From an uncultured Planctomycetaceae bacterium (GTDB lineage: Bacteria > Planctomycetota > Planctomycetia > Planctomycetales > Planctomycetaceae): 64,000 nucleotides of DNA. The stretch is from NCBI GenBank assembly GCA_963815195.1, contig CAWFGE010000015.1:384001-448000 (forward strand), written 5' to 3'. Below the pieces are notes generated by a model that saw nothing but the letters and a program-made list of their open reading frames with translations, did no database searches and had not been told where the DNA came from. This document shows, piece by piece, positions 1-10,688 of the stretch. The position numbers and the translations under genes are program-made. Positions within the stretch are counted from its first letter, which is position 1. Each line of letters begins with the position of its first letter.

Positions 1-156
1 TTCCGGGAGGACTGTTTCCATGATTTCACTCGGTTCCCGCGGGAAAATTCCCCACGCGGGTTTCATTGGAGGCCCGATGTTGCCGGCGGCGGTTGCGGGC
101 TAGAGTGGCTTTAGTCACCCGAGTTGTTTTTATGCCCGCTGTCATAAAGGATTTGA

Positions 157-2013
157 TTGATGCCGATCGCCACTGTGGGAAAAGGGAAAACGGATGTCGG
201 CCCCGGCGGTACGGTGGCCGATTATATTCTCCACCGCCTGAATGAATGGGGCATCGAGCGGATTTTCGGTTACCCGGGAGACGGGATCAACGGGTTTCTC
301 GGGGCGTTCCACCGGGCGGAAGGGCACCCGGAATTGATTCAGGCCCGCCACGAGGAACTGGCGGCGTTCATGGCCACCTCCCACGCCAAGTTCACGGGCG
401 AGGCGGGGGTGTGCATGGCCACGTCGGGGCCGGGGGCGGTGCATTTGCTCAACGGCCTTTATGATGCGAAGCTCGACCATCAGCCGGTCGTCGCCGTCGT
501 GGGACAGCAAAAGCGGATTTCCGTCGGGGCCGATTACCAGCAGGAAATCGACCTGTCCACGCTGTTTAAGGATGTGTCGGCCTACAGCACGACCATCATG
601 CACCCGGGAGCCGCCCGCCATGCCATCGACCGGGCGGTGCGGATCGCGCTCGCCACGCGTTCGGTCTCGACGATCATCATTCCCGAAGACGTGCAGGAAG
701 AGGATGCCCTCGAAGGCCCGCCGCGAATGCACGGCGCGGTGTATTCTTCGATCGGCTACATGGAGCCGGAAATCATTCCGCAGCGCGTGCAGCTGGAGCG
801 GGCGGCGGCGGTTCTCAACAGCGGCAAAAAGGTCGCGATGCTCGTCGGCCAGGGAGCGGCCAAGGCCGAGGACGAGGTGATCGAAGCCGCCGACCTCTTG
901 GGCTGCGGCATCGCCAAGGCCCTGTTGGCCCGCGCCCATCCGCCGGACGATCTGCCCTTCGTGACCGGCTCGATCGGCCTGTTGGGCACCAAGCCCAGCA
1001 ACGAGATGATGATGAACTGCGACGTGCTGTTTATGATCGGCACGAGCTTTCCGTATGCCGAGTGGCTGCCCGAAGAGGGCAACGCCAAGTGCGTGGAAAT
1101 CGACATCGACGCCCGCTACCTCGGCCATCGCTTTCCCGTCGATGTGCCGCTGGTCGGCGATTCTAAGTCCACCCTCCGCGCACTGCTGCCGCTGTTGGAA
1201 CGCAAACAGGACCGCTCCTGGCGGGAGCAGATCGAAAAGAACATCAGGGAGTGGTGGGCCATCCTGGAAGACCGCGCGATGCAGGACGGCGACCCGATGA
1301 ACCCGCAGCGCGTCGTCTGGGAACTTAGCAAACGCCTGCCCGACCGCTGCATTCTCACCGCGGATTCCGGCTCCTCGACCAACTGGTGGGCCAGGCATCT
1401 CAAACTCCGCAAGGGGATGGACGCCTCGCTGTCCGGAACCCTCGCCACGATGGGCCCGGCCATGCCGTATGCGATCGGAGCCCGATTCGCGTTTCCCGAT
1501 CGGCCGATCATCGCCACCATCGGGGACGGGGCGTTTCAGATGAACGGCATGAATGGTTTGATCACGATCAAACGCTACCAGGACCGGCTGATGGCCAGCG
1601 GCGCGCCGATGGTGTTTTGCGTGTTCAACAACCAGGATCTCAACCAGGTGACCTGGGAGCAGCGCGTGATGTCCGGCGATCCGAAATTCCCCGGTTCCCA
1701 GTTCATCCCGAACTTTCCCTACGCTCGATACGCCGAGCTGTTGGGATTCAAAGGGATTTACTGCGACAGCGCGGACACGATCGGCGCAGCCTGGGACGAG
1801 GCCCTGTCCACGACGGACCGCCCGGTGCTCTTGGAGGTCAAGGTCGATCAGGAAACCCCGCCTTTGCCGCCGCACATCACGTTCGAGCAGGCCAAGCACA
1901 TGATGTCCGCACTGATGGGCGACGAACCGGAGCGGTGGGGCATCATGAAGAAATCGCTCAAAGGCAAAGCGGTCGAGTTCAAGCACGCCATCACCGGCGA
2001 CGGCAGCGATTGA
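157..2013 (+). CDS. Thiamine pyrophosphate-dependent enzyme (pyruvate oxidase/acetolactate synthase superfamily)
   Basis: 618-aa ORF with N-terminal GYPGDG and RHEE motifs, and the TPP-binding GDGAFQMNG...NN motif. Confidence 0.9.
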   Translation: MMPIATVGKGKTDVGPGGTVADYILHRLNEWGIERIFGYPGDGINGFLGAFHRAEGHPELIQARHEELAAFMATSHAKFTGEAGVCMATSGPGAVHLLNGLYDAKLDHQPVVAVVGQQKRISVGADYQQEIDLSTLFKDVSAYSTTIMHPGAARHAIDRAVRIALATRSVSTIIIPEDVQEEDALEGPPRMHGAVYSSIGYMEPEIIPQRVQLERAAAVLNSGKKVAMLVGQGAAKAEDEVIEAADLLGCGIAKALLARAHPPDDLPFVTGSIGLLGTKPSNEMMMNCDVLFMIGTSFPYAEWLPEEGNAKCVEIDIDARYLGHRFPVDVPLVGDSKSTLRALLPLLERKQDRSWREQIEKNIREWWAILEDRAMQDGDPMNPQRVVWELSKRLPDRCILTADSGSSTNWWARHLKLRKGMDASLSGTLATMGPAMPYAIGARFAFPDRPIIATIGDGAFQMNGMNGLITIKRYQDRLMASGAPMVFCVFNNQDLNQVTWEQRVMSGDPKFPGSQFIPNFPYARYAELLGFKGIYCDSADTIGAAWDEALSTTDRPVLLEVKVDQETPPLPPHITFEQAKHMMSALMGDEPERWGIMKKSLKGKAVEFKHAITGDGSD

Positions 2014-2035
2014 ACGTGCTGCCAGGTCGTGGAAA

Positions 2036-4028
2036 TCAATCCTTCCATTCCACGGCCACGACACCGTAGACTTTGATTTTTGGCACCTGAAACATGGCTT
2101 TGCCGTTGGATTGCTCGAACTTCAGCGGCAAAGCGTTTTCGATATCGGGGGCCAATAACATCACGCGGGAGGCTCTCTTGTTCTCGGGCAGGCGCAGATG
2201 CACCGCGATGTTTTGGGCGGGTTTGGGCCGTTCCGTTTCCGGGCCGGTGCGGTTGTTTTCCGGGGCGCCTTCTTCGCGGTTGTAGTTGACGAGATGCAAC
2301 AGCATCCGCTCCGGTTGCGTGTAAGCCGCCGCCCGCACGGTCCAGGGGGCTTCGATGTTTGAGCCGCCGCGTTGCTGTAATGCCTGCTCAATTTCCTCGG
2401 CGGCACCTGCTGGGGTTTTGTTTTTAATCGGCTGAGCACGGGGAATGCCTGCGTCGGCTCGGAATTCGCCGCGTTCGGTGAGTGCGCCCGCATCGCCTTC
2501 TGTGAGGATTAGATTTCCCTTCGCGGCGAAATCCCAGAGGGCGGCGAGTTGTTGATCGGACAACGACAAGACCCTGGGCAGAATCACGGCCGGATATTGC
2601 GAAAGCCGTTCCGGCGTGATGTTTTCATCCGCCAAGACATCCAACAGCACTTGCCGCTCCACAAGGGCCTGGCCCAGGTCGCGAAAGGCGGCGAGCGATT
2701 CGGGCTTTCCATTCCAGACGCTTTGCCGGGGCAGCACCAGCGCGGCATCGGCGCAGGGCTTCGCGCCATCGTAAAATGTCGCGGTGCCGGTGCATGAAGT
2801 TCGTGTAGCGGGCGAGGACTTCAAAACCCGCCGGCTCCTCGAACCGCATATACCGTCCCATGCCCATCCCGCCGGTGGCGTAGCCCTCGGCCATGCTGAC
2901 CGCCAAACGCGTGTGGTCGTATTTGCCGATGACGAACGGCTTCCCGCCGGTCAGCTCGCGGACGTAAAGACAACTCAACCAGGCATCGCCGGCTTTGCCT
3001 TCCTTGAGGTTCAAGTTCTTCCCCACAAACGCCGCCCCGCCGGAGTACCAGAAATAATCCTCGCCCCGGCCGAACTTTGAGATCGGCAGAAACATCCGCT
3101 CTTCGCTCTGGCTGACGTGGCTCAGATGATCCCACTGGGCGATGAGCAAATCCTTTTTCAGCGACCGCCCGTAGTCCAGAAAAATCTCGTCGAACTTCTC
3201 CTTGAAATGCTCGGCTCCCCACCGCATCGCGAGCCAATCGAGTTCCGTCGCCGTCGCCGGATCGGGATAGCCCCCGATCTTTGCGGGGAGGTTTTTGAAG
3301 GTGTGCTCATCGAGGTTTTGGATGCCGAGCTTCGCGTTCAGTTCCTCCGGCGTCGGCTGAGTTTTGAGCCAACTTTTGAAAGCCGACTGGCAATGCGGGC
3401 AGGCGCAGCCGAAGCGGTAGTTGTATGTGGTGTTGACGCCGTCAATGCCCTGATCGATCGCAACCTTGAGCATTTGCTTGAGCATCTTCCGGGCGTGCGG
3501 ACTGCTGAGGCAGAGGGCCAATTGGCTTTGATTGTAACGGCCGAGTTGGATCGGCTCGCCGTTGGCGTCCCGCTGCAAGAGTTCCTTGAGTTTGGGGTGC
3601 GGCTTGGGGCCCAAAAGTTCCGCGGGCCAGCGGTGGTTGTAGTATTCGACGAAGCCGGTTTGCTCTTTCCAGTTCCCCATAACTTTCACCAGCCGAAAGT
3701 GCCCGACGACGGTGAGCCCAACGCGGTGCACCTCGGCGTTGAGTTTTCGCTGGTACTCCAACGCCGCCCGTTCGCCGGCGACGGGCAGCTGCATCGGCCA
3801 GCCGGTGGATTTTTGGTCGTCGGCATAGCCGTGGAACATCGCCCCATAGTTCCCGATCTGCACGACCTGCGGCCGAGCGGTCTTGAGGAAAGGCAGCAGC
3901 TTTTCATGCGTCAGCGACCGCGTGACAAAAAACGTCCGCAGCGGCTTTTGATCTTGCGAGCAAGCCGTTCGGTGCCCCAGCAAAACGATCAGCAGCGAAC
4001 AAAACATCGCGAGACGAGAAGAGAGCAT
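2036..4028 (-). CDS. Secreted glycoside-hydrolase-like protein (GH42-like with trimerisation-type C-terminal domain), frameshifted
   Basis: Signal-peptide-like N-terminus and a GH42-like CACPHCQSAF motif. ORFs 2625..4028 and 2036..2824 join (HRHRDIYDGAKP) if one base is removed from the A4 run at 2773-2776. Confidence 0.6.
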
Positions 4029-4052
4029 GTGGGATTCGCTTTCTGTTATTTG

Positions 4053-4116
4053 TCTGCCGCAAACGTGAGCGGCTGGTGCTAGCCGCCGGTCTTGGTCTTG
4101 ACGATGCCAAAATCGC
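4053..4116. repeat. REP-like repeat block A, truncated copy
   Basis: tctgccgcaaacgtgagcggctgg...gccaaaatcgc is repeated almost identically at 5369-5433. This copy lacks the second arm. Confidence 0.85.
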
Positions 4117-4242
4117 CGGGTGCCACTGGCAGTTTGCTGCCAGTGTTTTCCTCAGATCACATTCCAGTTTGATGGGAGCGTTCGTCAGCCTACTCCGTAA
4201 AAGCACTGGCAACAAGTTGCCAGTGGCACCCGAAAGATTTCT
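4114..4242. repeat. REPIN family B (inverted GGGTGCCACTGGCA..TGCCAGTG hairpins), copy 1
   Basis: Two inverted palindromic arms. This 129-bp block is directly repeated at 5243-5371 with one substitution (agtttgct vs agcttgct). Confidence 0.9.
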
Positions 4243-4323
4243 TATTGAGAGGACAACGAATTAAACTAACAGTGCCACCCCGCCGGGAAGCCCCCTTATG
4301 GAATCAAAAAGCCGCCCTTACAC

Positions 4324-5217
4324 TTACTTACGAGCTTGTTTTCTGGAAATCGCTTGGCGAACAAGCTCGTCTTTGTCTCCTTGGAGCCGGTCGACCATTT
4401 CTTGGGTGCGAAATTCCGAATGTTGGCTGAGAATCTCGGCGACATAGAGGCGGACCCACCATTCGTTATCCTTAGACAACTCGTCAAGCGCCGCAACGGC
4501 GTCCCGGCTCGCCTCTGTGAGTTTGCCTTTCTTGTTGAATCGTTTGAGCGCTAGCACATGACGCACGGAGTACTCCGCCCATCGGATCGCCCGCGTTCGA
4601 TCCGTTTCTGGACCACTGTAGTAGGCCTTCGTCATTGTCAAAAGTGCAGCCCCCGGTCCCTTTCGATAAAGAAATTCAACGGCATTCCTCGGCGGCAATT
4701 CCCCTTGGTCGGCGTAGCCCCTCAAGTAGATGTATTTAAAGCCGTGCTGTTCGCGAAAGCCCGGCTCCATTTCCACGATTAAGCGTTCGAGATTTATCCG
4801 GAACAGTTCGTCCTCGGCTCCCACATAGGGCAAAAGTGCGGAGAGAATCTGCCCCTCGCTGATCCCCAAAAATTGGATAATTATTCCCGGTGCCATCCCC
4901 TCTTGGACATCCTTTCCTCGGCTCAAGTAGTAAACGAGATTCGGGACCAACTTGCTGTAATTCTTGCCACCGCGCTTCGTAAGGAGATCCAGAGTCTCAA
5001 AAAAGGCCTCGCCCTCTTTTTTTCCTCCTGTAGTATACGCAACTTTGTTGATCAGCTTCTGAGTCTCCGGGTCCGGCTCGAAAGTGATTTTCATTTTCGT
5101 GGGCGGATCCGCAAGAGAGATGCTACTCATCACGATCAACCCCAGCATTAGCCAAAGTGACAGTAATCGGGACGATCTCGTGCAGTAATCAAGGCACAAA
5201 CCATTTCGCGAGTTCAT
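4324..5217 (-). CDS. Secreted hypothetical protein with C-terminal HEAT-like repeat (AT-richer cargo gene, possibly immunity-like)
   Basis: GGGGAG RBS before the ATG at 5217, signal peptide (LLSLWLMLGLIVMSSISLA), HEAT-like WWVRLYVAEIL...DELVRQA. Confidence 0.75.
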   Translation of the reverse strand: MNSRNGLCLDYCTRSSRLLSLWLMLGLIVMSSISLADPPTKMKITFEPDPETQKLINKVAYTTGGKKEGEAFFETLDLLTKRGGKNYSKLVPNLVYYLSRGKDVQEGMAPGIIIQFLGISEGQILSALLPYVGAEDELFRINLERLIVEMEPGFREQHGFKYIYLRGYADQGELPPRNAVEFLYRKGPGAALLTMTKAYYSGPETDRTRAIRWAEYSVRHVLALKRFNKKGKLTEASRDAVAALDELSKDNEWWVRLYVAEILSQHSEFRTQEMVDRLQGDKDELVRQAISRKQARK

Positions 5218-5242
5218 ATAAATCTCCCCAGTCAACGGTCGA

Positions 5243-5371
5243 CGCCGGGTGCCACTGGCAGCTTGCTGCCAGTGTTTTCCTCAGATCACATTCCAGTTTG
5301 ATGGGAGCGTTCGTCAGCCTACTCCGTAAAAGCACTGGCAACAAGTTGCCAGTGGCACCCGAAAGATTTCT
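5243..5371. repeat. REPIN family B, copy 2
   Basis: Direct repeat of 4114-4242. Confidence 0.9.
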
Positions 5372-5467
5372 GCCGCAAACGTGAGCGGCTGGGCGCTAGC
5401 CGCCGGTCTTGGTCTTGACGATGCCAAAATCGCATCATCGAAGCCGGAGGCTAGCGCCTACTGCTCA
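5369..5467. repeat. REPIN family A, full copy
   Basis: Arms tgagcggctgggcgctagccgccgg (5382-5406) and ccggaggctagcgcctactgctca (5444-5467) form an imperfect inverted repeat. Confidence 0.75.
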
Positions 5468-5484
5468 GATTTTGAAACACCTTC

Positions 5485-6576
5485 CTATTCAAACGGAATT
5501 CCGGTGTCTTTTGCAATCGTTCTGAGTTCGTTGACGACGGCGGGGATCAACGGGATCCCGTCGCGGCGGTGGATTTGTTCGGCTTCGTGTTCGGGTTGGC
5601 CGGGGATCAGCGGGCCTTGGGTGCCGGGGGCGGGGCGGGAGTTTCGCATGGTGCGGATCCAATCGTCCACCTGGCGTTTGAACTCCGTCACATCGGTGAA
5701 GGCTTCGATCTGCATGGCTCCGAAGAAATGGCCGAGGCCGAGGCCCACCTGCCGTTCCGGTTCGCCGTGCGAGACGGTGAACGCCGGGGTGAACGGCCCC
5801 CAATTCGCTCCGCCCAAGGGACCGGAAAGCAGATCGACCATCGCCGAGAGGCAGTAGCCTTTGTGCCCGCCGCGCTCGCGCGTGGAGCCCAGAGGCAACA
5901 AGGCCCCGCCGCTGGCGACTTCGTGGGGATTGGTCGTGCCCCGGCCGTCGGGGCCGATCGCCCAGCCTTCGGGGATGGAGGTGCCTTTGCGGATGGCCAT
6001 TTCCACTTTGCCGTACGCCGCCGCCGTGGTCGCCATGTCGATCACCACGGGCGGTTCTTCGAGACCGGGAAAGGCGATGGCGATCGGGTTGGTCCCCAGC
6101 ATGCGGTCGGCCCCGAACAGCGGAGCCACGATGCGGCTGGTGTTGGTCATCGCCCAGCCGATCTGGTCTCGCTTTAATGCTTCCAGGACATAATATCCCG
6201 CGATGCCGTAGTGGTGGGAATTGCGGACGGCGACCCAACCGGTGCCCACCGTCTCGGCTTTCTCCATTGCGATTTCATTCGCCCGCGGACCGACGACGAG
6301 GCCCAAACCGTTGTCGCCATCCACAGTGGCGGTGGAAGGAGTTTCGCGGATGATGCGGATATTGGGCCGCGTGTTGATCCGGCCGTCTTTCAACAGGCCG
6401 ACGTAACTCGCCAGCCTGGCGACGCCGTGCGAGTCGATGCCTCGCAGATCGGAGAGAGCCAGAACCTCCGCCGCGACGCGGGCTTCGCGCACCGGCACGC
6501 CGAAGTGTTGAAACACGCGGGCCGTAAAGTCTTCGAGGTGCTCGGCGGGATAGGATTGACGTGCGGGATCTGTCAT
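5485..6576 (-). CDS. Ldh_2 family (malate/L-lactate/ureidoglycolate-type) oxidoreductase
   Basis: DLRGIDSHGVARL, GTNPIAIAFP and GGHKGYCL motifs. Confidence 0.9.
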   Translation of the reverse strand: MTDPARQSYPAEHLEDFTARVFQHFGVPVREARVAAEVLALSDLRGIDSHGVARLASYVGLLKDGRINTRPNIRIIRETPSTATVDGDNGLGLVVGPRANEIAMEKAETVGTGWVAVRNSHHYGIAGYYVLEALKRDQIGWAMTNTSRIVAPLFGADRMLGTNPIAIAFPGLEEPPVVIDMATTAAAYGKVEMAIRKGTSIPEGWAIGPDGRGTTNPHEVASGGALLPLGSTRERGGHKGYCLSAMVDLLSGPLGGANWGPFTPAFTVSHGEPERQVGLGLGHFFGAMQIEAFTDVTEFKRQVDDWIRTMRNSRPAPGTQGPLIPGQPEHEAEQIHRRDGIPLIPAVVNELRTIAKDTGIPFE

Positions 6577-6625
6577 CGTTGGGTCGCTTTCAAATCCGTC
6601 ACGATACCCGAGCGGCGCCGGCGGC

Positions 6626-8125
6626 TCAATCGGTCGGAAGGACTTTGACGGCGATCGCGGTCATGTCGTCGCGCTGTTTGCCTTTGCCTACGAACTCGCG
6701 GACGGAATCCAACAGGCCGCGAAGGATTTCTTTCGCCGACTTGTGGCGGTTTTGGCGGATGCAGTTGAGCAGCCGTTCTTCGCCGTAGAAGTTTTTGTCG
6801 GTCGTCATGGCTTCGGTGATTCCGTCGGTCAGCAAGATCAGCACATCGCCCGGTTTGAAGGGGATCGGCTCGGAGAGTTGATATTCCGAATCGCGGAACC
6901 AGCCCAAAGGCGAGCCTTTGCTGTCGAGTTGCACGCGGACGTTGCCGAGTTCGTCCATGATGTAACCCGGCGGATGCCCGGCCCCGGCGAATTCGAGCGT
7001 TTTGCGTCCGGGGCTGAGGCGGACCAGGAACAACGTCAAATACTGTTCGGGCGGCGAATCGTCGATGAGCAACTCGTTGGTGATCGAAAGCACGGTCGCC
7101 AGGTTTTTTTCGGTCCGCGCGAGGGCGCGGAGATAGGAATGGGCGGAGGCCGTCAGAATCGCGGGGCCGAACCCGTGGCCGCTCACATCGCCCACGAGCA
7201 CCGCCACCTGCCCGTTCGGAAGCGGGATGAAATCGAAGAAGTCGCCGCCGCAGGCTTCGGCGGGCTTGGCGAAGCCGGCGATGTCGAGGCCCGGCACTTT
7301 GGGGGCGCGGTCGGGCAGCAGGGCCTGTTGGATGTGGCGGGCGACGTTCATTTCCTCCTCGATCTGCCGGCGTTCGGTGATGTCGAGGGCCACGCCGATC
7401 ACGCCCGCCACCGGGCCGCCGCCGGGCCGCCAAGGTTCCACGTGCACCTGCTGCGTTCGCCCGCGGACCTTGGTTTCAAAGCTGATGGACTGGCCCTCGA
7501 GCGCTTCCAAATGGGCGGCGAGCGGGCCGTCGTTTTCCTGCTGGACCTCAAAATACTCGGCGATCGTCATGCCCACGACCTGGTTCGGCCGCAGGTTCAG
7601 CCGGGCGAGACCGGCCCCCAAGGACGACGTGATCTGGAGATCGCAGTCCGTGGTCCACAGCACCGCGGGCAGTTGGTCCGTGAGCAGGCGGATGTCGTTT
7701 TCCCGCCGCAAGAGTTGCTCCTGCGCCTGGTGCCGTTCCAAGGCGTGGCGGATCGTGCGAGTCAAAAGTTCCTCGGTGAGGTGCCCTTTCACAAGATAAT
7801 CCTGGGCCCCCTTGCGGACCGCTTCGACGCCCGTTTGAGCCTCGTCGCGGCCGGTCATGATCAAAATCGGCACCCCGGGCGAATGTTTAAGGGCGGTTTC
7901 CAGCGTGTCCAGGCCGAAGCTGTCCGGCAGCGAAAGATCCAACAGCACCAGATCGGTCTGCCCCTCCGCCAGGCATTCCAGACCCGCCGCCAAGGTGCCC
8001 GCCGTTTGGAGCACGTGCGGAAACCCCTCCGCCTGTTTGAGCATCTCCTCGACGAAGACCACATCGTCGGGGCTATCCTCAATCAGCAGGATTCGTCTGG
8101 CGGCTTGGGCGGGAGAATCGGACAC
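6626..8125 (-). CDS. Response regulator receiver + PAS + SpoIIE/PP2C phosphatase (RsbU-like)
   Basis: ILLIEDS...LLDLSLPD...DYLVK receiver domain, PAS segment, and GGDFFD, GDVSGHG, TDGITEA, DDMT phosphatase motifs. Confidence 0.9.
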   Translation of the reverse strand: MSDSPAQAARRILLIEDSPDDVVFVEEMLKQAEGFPHVLQTAGTLAAGLECLAEGQTDLVLLDLSLPDSFGLDTLETALKHSPGVPILIMTGRDEAQTGVEAVRKGAQDYLVKGHLTEELLTRTIRHALERHQAQEQLLRRENDIRLLTDQLPAVLWTTDCDLQITSSLGAGLARLNLRPNQVVGMTIAEYFEVQQENDGPLAAHLEALEGQSISFETKVRGRTQQVHVEPWRPGGGPVAGVIGVALDITERRQIEEEMNVARHIQQALLPDRAPKVPGLDIAGFAKPAEACGGDFFDFIPLPNGQVAVLVGDVSGHGFGPAILTASAHSYLRALARTEKNLATVLSITNELLIDDSPPEQYLTLFLVRLSPGRKTLEFAGAGHPPGYIMDELGNVRVQLDSKGSPLGWFRDSEYQLSEPIPFKPGDVLILLTDGITEAMTTDKNFYGEERLLNCIRQNRHKSAKEILRGLLDSVREFVGKGKQRDDMTAIAVKVLPTD

Positions 8126-8268
8126 GGCAACTTACCTGGTGACCGCGACGGAGAAACCGCGGCGGACGGGCGGGACCAACGAAACGACGTGCCTGAGTGG
8201 GAACCCCATTATGAGGCAAAACGGGCGGGAGATCGACGTAGTATTTCGCAGAAAATCGGAATTACCCA

Positions 8269-8688
8269 TTATTCCGCGGAGGCGGGGGCGGACGTGTTTT
8301 CCACCCGAAGCTGCGAGGTGGCGACCTCCGAGTCCACTTCCCGATCCAGCAGCAGGTGCGAAATCGTGGAGGCCGGGGAATGGACATCGCCCGCGACCTT
8401 CGCAAGTTCGATAAGGAACACGCTGTCGCCCAACAACAGCCGGTCGCCCGGCTGCACCCTCGCATATTGGACAGTCTCGCCGTTGAGGATCGTGTGGTTC
8501 GTGGACTCCATGTCCCGCACGATCACTTCGCCGTCCGCGAGGCTCCACTCGCAATGCAAGCGGCTGATGAGCGGATGCGCGAATTGGACATCCGCGCGGA
8601 GGCTCCGTCCGAGGACAACCGGGTCTTTTGAGACCGTGAATTCGATGTCGGCGTAATTTCCGTTTTCGCTAATGAGTTGGACCCGCAT
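8269..8688 (-). CDS. FHA domain protein
   Basis: VLGRS...ISRLHC...DMESTNHT FHA signature. Start taken at MRVQL. Confidence 0.8.
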   Translation of the reverse strand: MRVQLISENGNYADIEFTVSKDPVVLGRSLRADVQFAHPLISRLHCEWSLADGEVIVRDMESTNHTILNGETVQYARVQPGDRLLLGDSVFLIELAKVAGDVHSPASTISHLLLDREVDSEVATSQLRVENTSAPASAE

Positions 8689-8987
8689 GGGAGGAATGAG
8701 TGTGTGCTGAAGAGGTTGGGGGGAGCGTCCTGCGGGAAGAAAAGGGGCCTCGTGCGCCACGACTTTTCCGGGGGGGAAGTTTCTGTCGAATTGAAGAACT
8801 GTGCGGAGTGTGGGGAGGGTTCGTTGGGGGAGGCTGTTCTATTACCTACTCATCGAAGGGTTCTGGGAGGTTGGAAATTGAGGAATGAAAGGATATTAAC
8901 TTGGGACCGGCGAAGAATCAAGCGTATAGAGAACTCTTTTCCACGCGATTTTGCGACCGATTTCGTAAGTTTCTCGTCAGTTTCATG

Positions 8988-9044
8988 AGGCCGAAGCGCA
9001 AGGGAGGGTCTTCATAAGTTCAACCCTCGCTTGCGCTTCGGGCT
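8988..9044. repeat. REP-like doublet (AGCCCGAAGCGCAAGCGAGGG family)
   Basis: aggccgaagcgcaagggaggg ... ccctcgcttgcgcttcgggct inverted pair, just downstream of the DUF1501 gene. Confidence 0.7.
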
Positions 9045-9099
9045 AGAATTTGCTTGACGACGACTTCCCAAGACCTACGGATCGACTCGCAAAGGGGCT

Positions 9100-10473
9100 T
9101 TAAATCACTTCGTGGATCGGTTCGATGCCTTGATCGACGAGGTACCGCGGGGTGCCGCCGCCGTCGAAGATGCGGGTGCCGTTGAGGTCGAGGCCGATGT
9201 TGTGGTACAGCGTGGCGAAGACTTCCTGAAACTTGACGGGCCGTTCGACTGCGTATTCGCCGTAGCGGTTGGTCTGGCCGATGACTTGCCCGGTCCGCAT
9301 GCCGCCGCCCGCGAGCATCGCGCACGAGACCTTCGGCCAGTGGTCGCGGCTGTTGTTCTGGTTGATCTTCGGGGTGCGGCCGAACTCGCCCCAGACGACG
9401 ACCGAGACATCTTTGTCCAGGCCGCGCTCGTGGAGATCGGTGACGAGCGCGGAAAGTCCTTGATCCAAGAGCGGAAACTCCTCGCGCGAGCGGGGAAAGT
9501 TCATGCCGTCGCCGCCGTGCCAGTCCCAGCGGCTGTAATTGAGGGCCACGAACCGCGCCCCGGCTTCCACCAATCGGCGGGCGATGCAGAAGTTCTCGAT
9601 CATTTTCGGGGCGCCGTCCCGTTGGAACTTTTCAATGCTTTTGCCGTAGCGGGCGACGATCTTCGGATCTTCTTTGGACAGGTCGAGGGCATCGGCGAGC
9701 GTGGACGTGGTAAGAATGCCCATCGCCTGTTGGGAGTAGACATCCATGCCTTCCATCACGCCGTTGGAGTCCATGCTCGCGCGGAATTGATCGAAGGCTT
9801 TCATCAATTGCCTGCGGTTCCTGAGGCGTTCGAGCGTGATGCCTTGGAGGACCATATTCTCCGCGGAGCTGCGGGCTTCCCGGCCGACGAGATTGAACGG
9901 GTTATGCTGGAGGCCCAAAAACCCTCCCGTGCCCGGTTCGCCCCACGTGCGGTTGCCGGTCTGGTACATGAGGGCGACATTCGGCGGCATCGCGGAATTG
10001 ACTTGCCCCTGGAGCTTGGAGACGAACCCGCCCGCCGACGGCCAACCGCCGGGCGGCTGCCGGTCCCCGACTCTGCGGCCCGTCATGCACTGGTAGCAAT
10101 CGTGCCGGCCGTCCGCGTCGCTGATGGACCTGATGGGGATGAACTTATCCATCATCTGGGCCATGCGGGGGAAGAGTTCGCAAATCTCGATGCCCGGCAC
10201 GTTCGTCGGGATCGGCTCGAACTCGCCGCGGATTTCTTTGGGGGCTTGGGGCTTTTGGTCCCAGAGATCGATATGCGACGGCCCGCCCGGGAGATAAATG
10301 TTGATGATCGCCCGGTGATTGCTGCCCGTGCCGCTGTTGCCGTCGGCCCGCAGCGCGTGCGGAAGGGCAATCCCGCCCAACGCCATCCCGCCGATTTTCA
10401 AAAAATTCCGCCGGGAGTAACCGTCGCAGAACTGTTTCCGAGTTTTATCCGCACGCCCAAAGATCGTGAGCAT
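9100..10473 (-). CDS. DUF1501 domain protein
   Basis: SRRNFLKIG twin-arginine-like motif, GGPSHIDLWD, WGEFGRTP. Confidence 0.9.
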   Translation of the reverse strand: MLTIFGRADKTRKQFCDGYSRRNFLKIGGMALGGIALPHALRADGNSGTGSNHRAIINIYLPGGPSHIDLWDQKPQAPKEIRGEFEPIPTNVPGIEICELFPRMAQMMDKFIPIRSISDADGRHDCYQCMTGRRVGDRQPPGGWPSAGGFVSKLQGQVNSAMPPNVALMYQTGNRTWGEPGTGGFLGLQHNPFNLVGREARSSAENMVLQGITLERLRNRRQLMKAFDQFRASMDSNGVMEGMDVYSQQAMGILTTSTLADALDLSKEDPKIVARYGKSIEKFQRDGAPKMIENFCIARRLVEAGARFVALNYSRWDWHGGDGMNFPRSREEFPLLDQGLSALVTDLHERGLDKDVSVVVWGEFGRTPKINQNNSRDHWPKVSCAMLAGGGMRTGQVIGQTNRYGEYAVERPVKFQEVFATLYHNIGLDLNGTRIFDGGGTPRYLVDQGIEPIHEVI

Positions 10474-10600
10474 GGTGTTCCTCTCCAATGATGATGGGCA
10501 AAATCTCGTCGCGTATCGGTATCAACCGACGCTTATATCATAAAATCCTCCCGCGAGTTCGTCAATCGGATCGTCGCCGGAGCCTCGACGGCAAAGGCAT

Positions 10601-10641
10601 AAAAAAAATCGAGACCGGCGAGTAATACGCCGGCCTCGATT
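10601..10641 (-). terminator. Rho-independent terminator of the STAS gene
   Basis: Minus strand reads aatcgaggccggcg-loop-cgccggtctcga followed by a T8 run. Confidence 0.75.
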
Positions 10642-10688
10642 CGCTGTGTTTCCCTTTGCCCCTGTGTGGCCTGTGCTCCTTCTGAGAT

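Noticed and set aside
142..2064. 640-aa minus-strand ORF and similar long antisense ORFs (e.g. 6743..8656, 12866..14500, 14497..16296, 27105..28556, 46578..48569, 53988..55400)
   Set aside because: Shadow frames of well-supported genes in GC-rich DNA, with no recognisable motifs.
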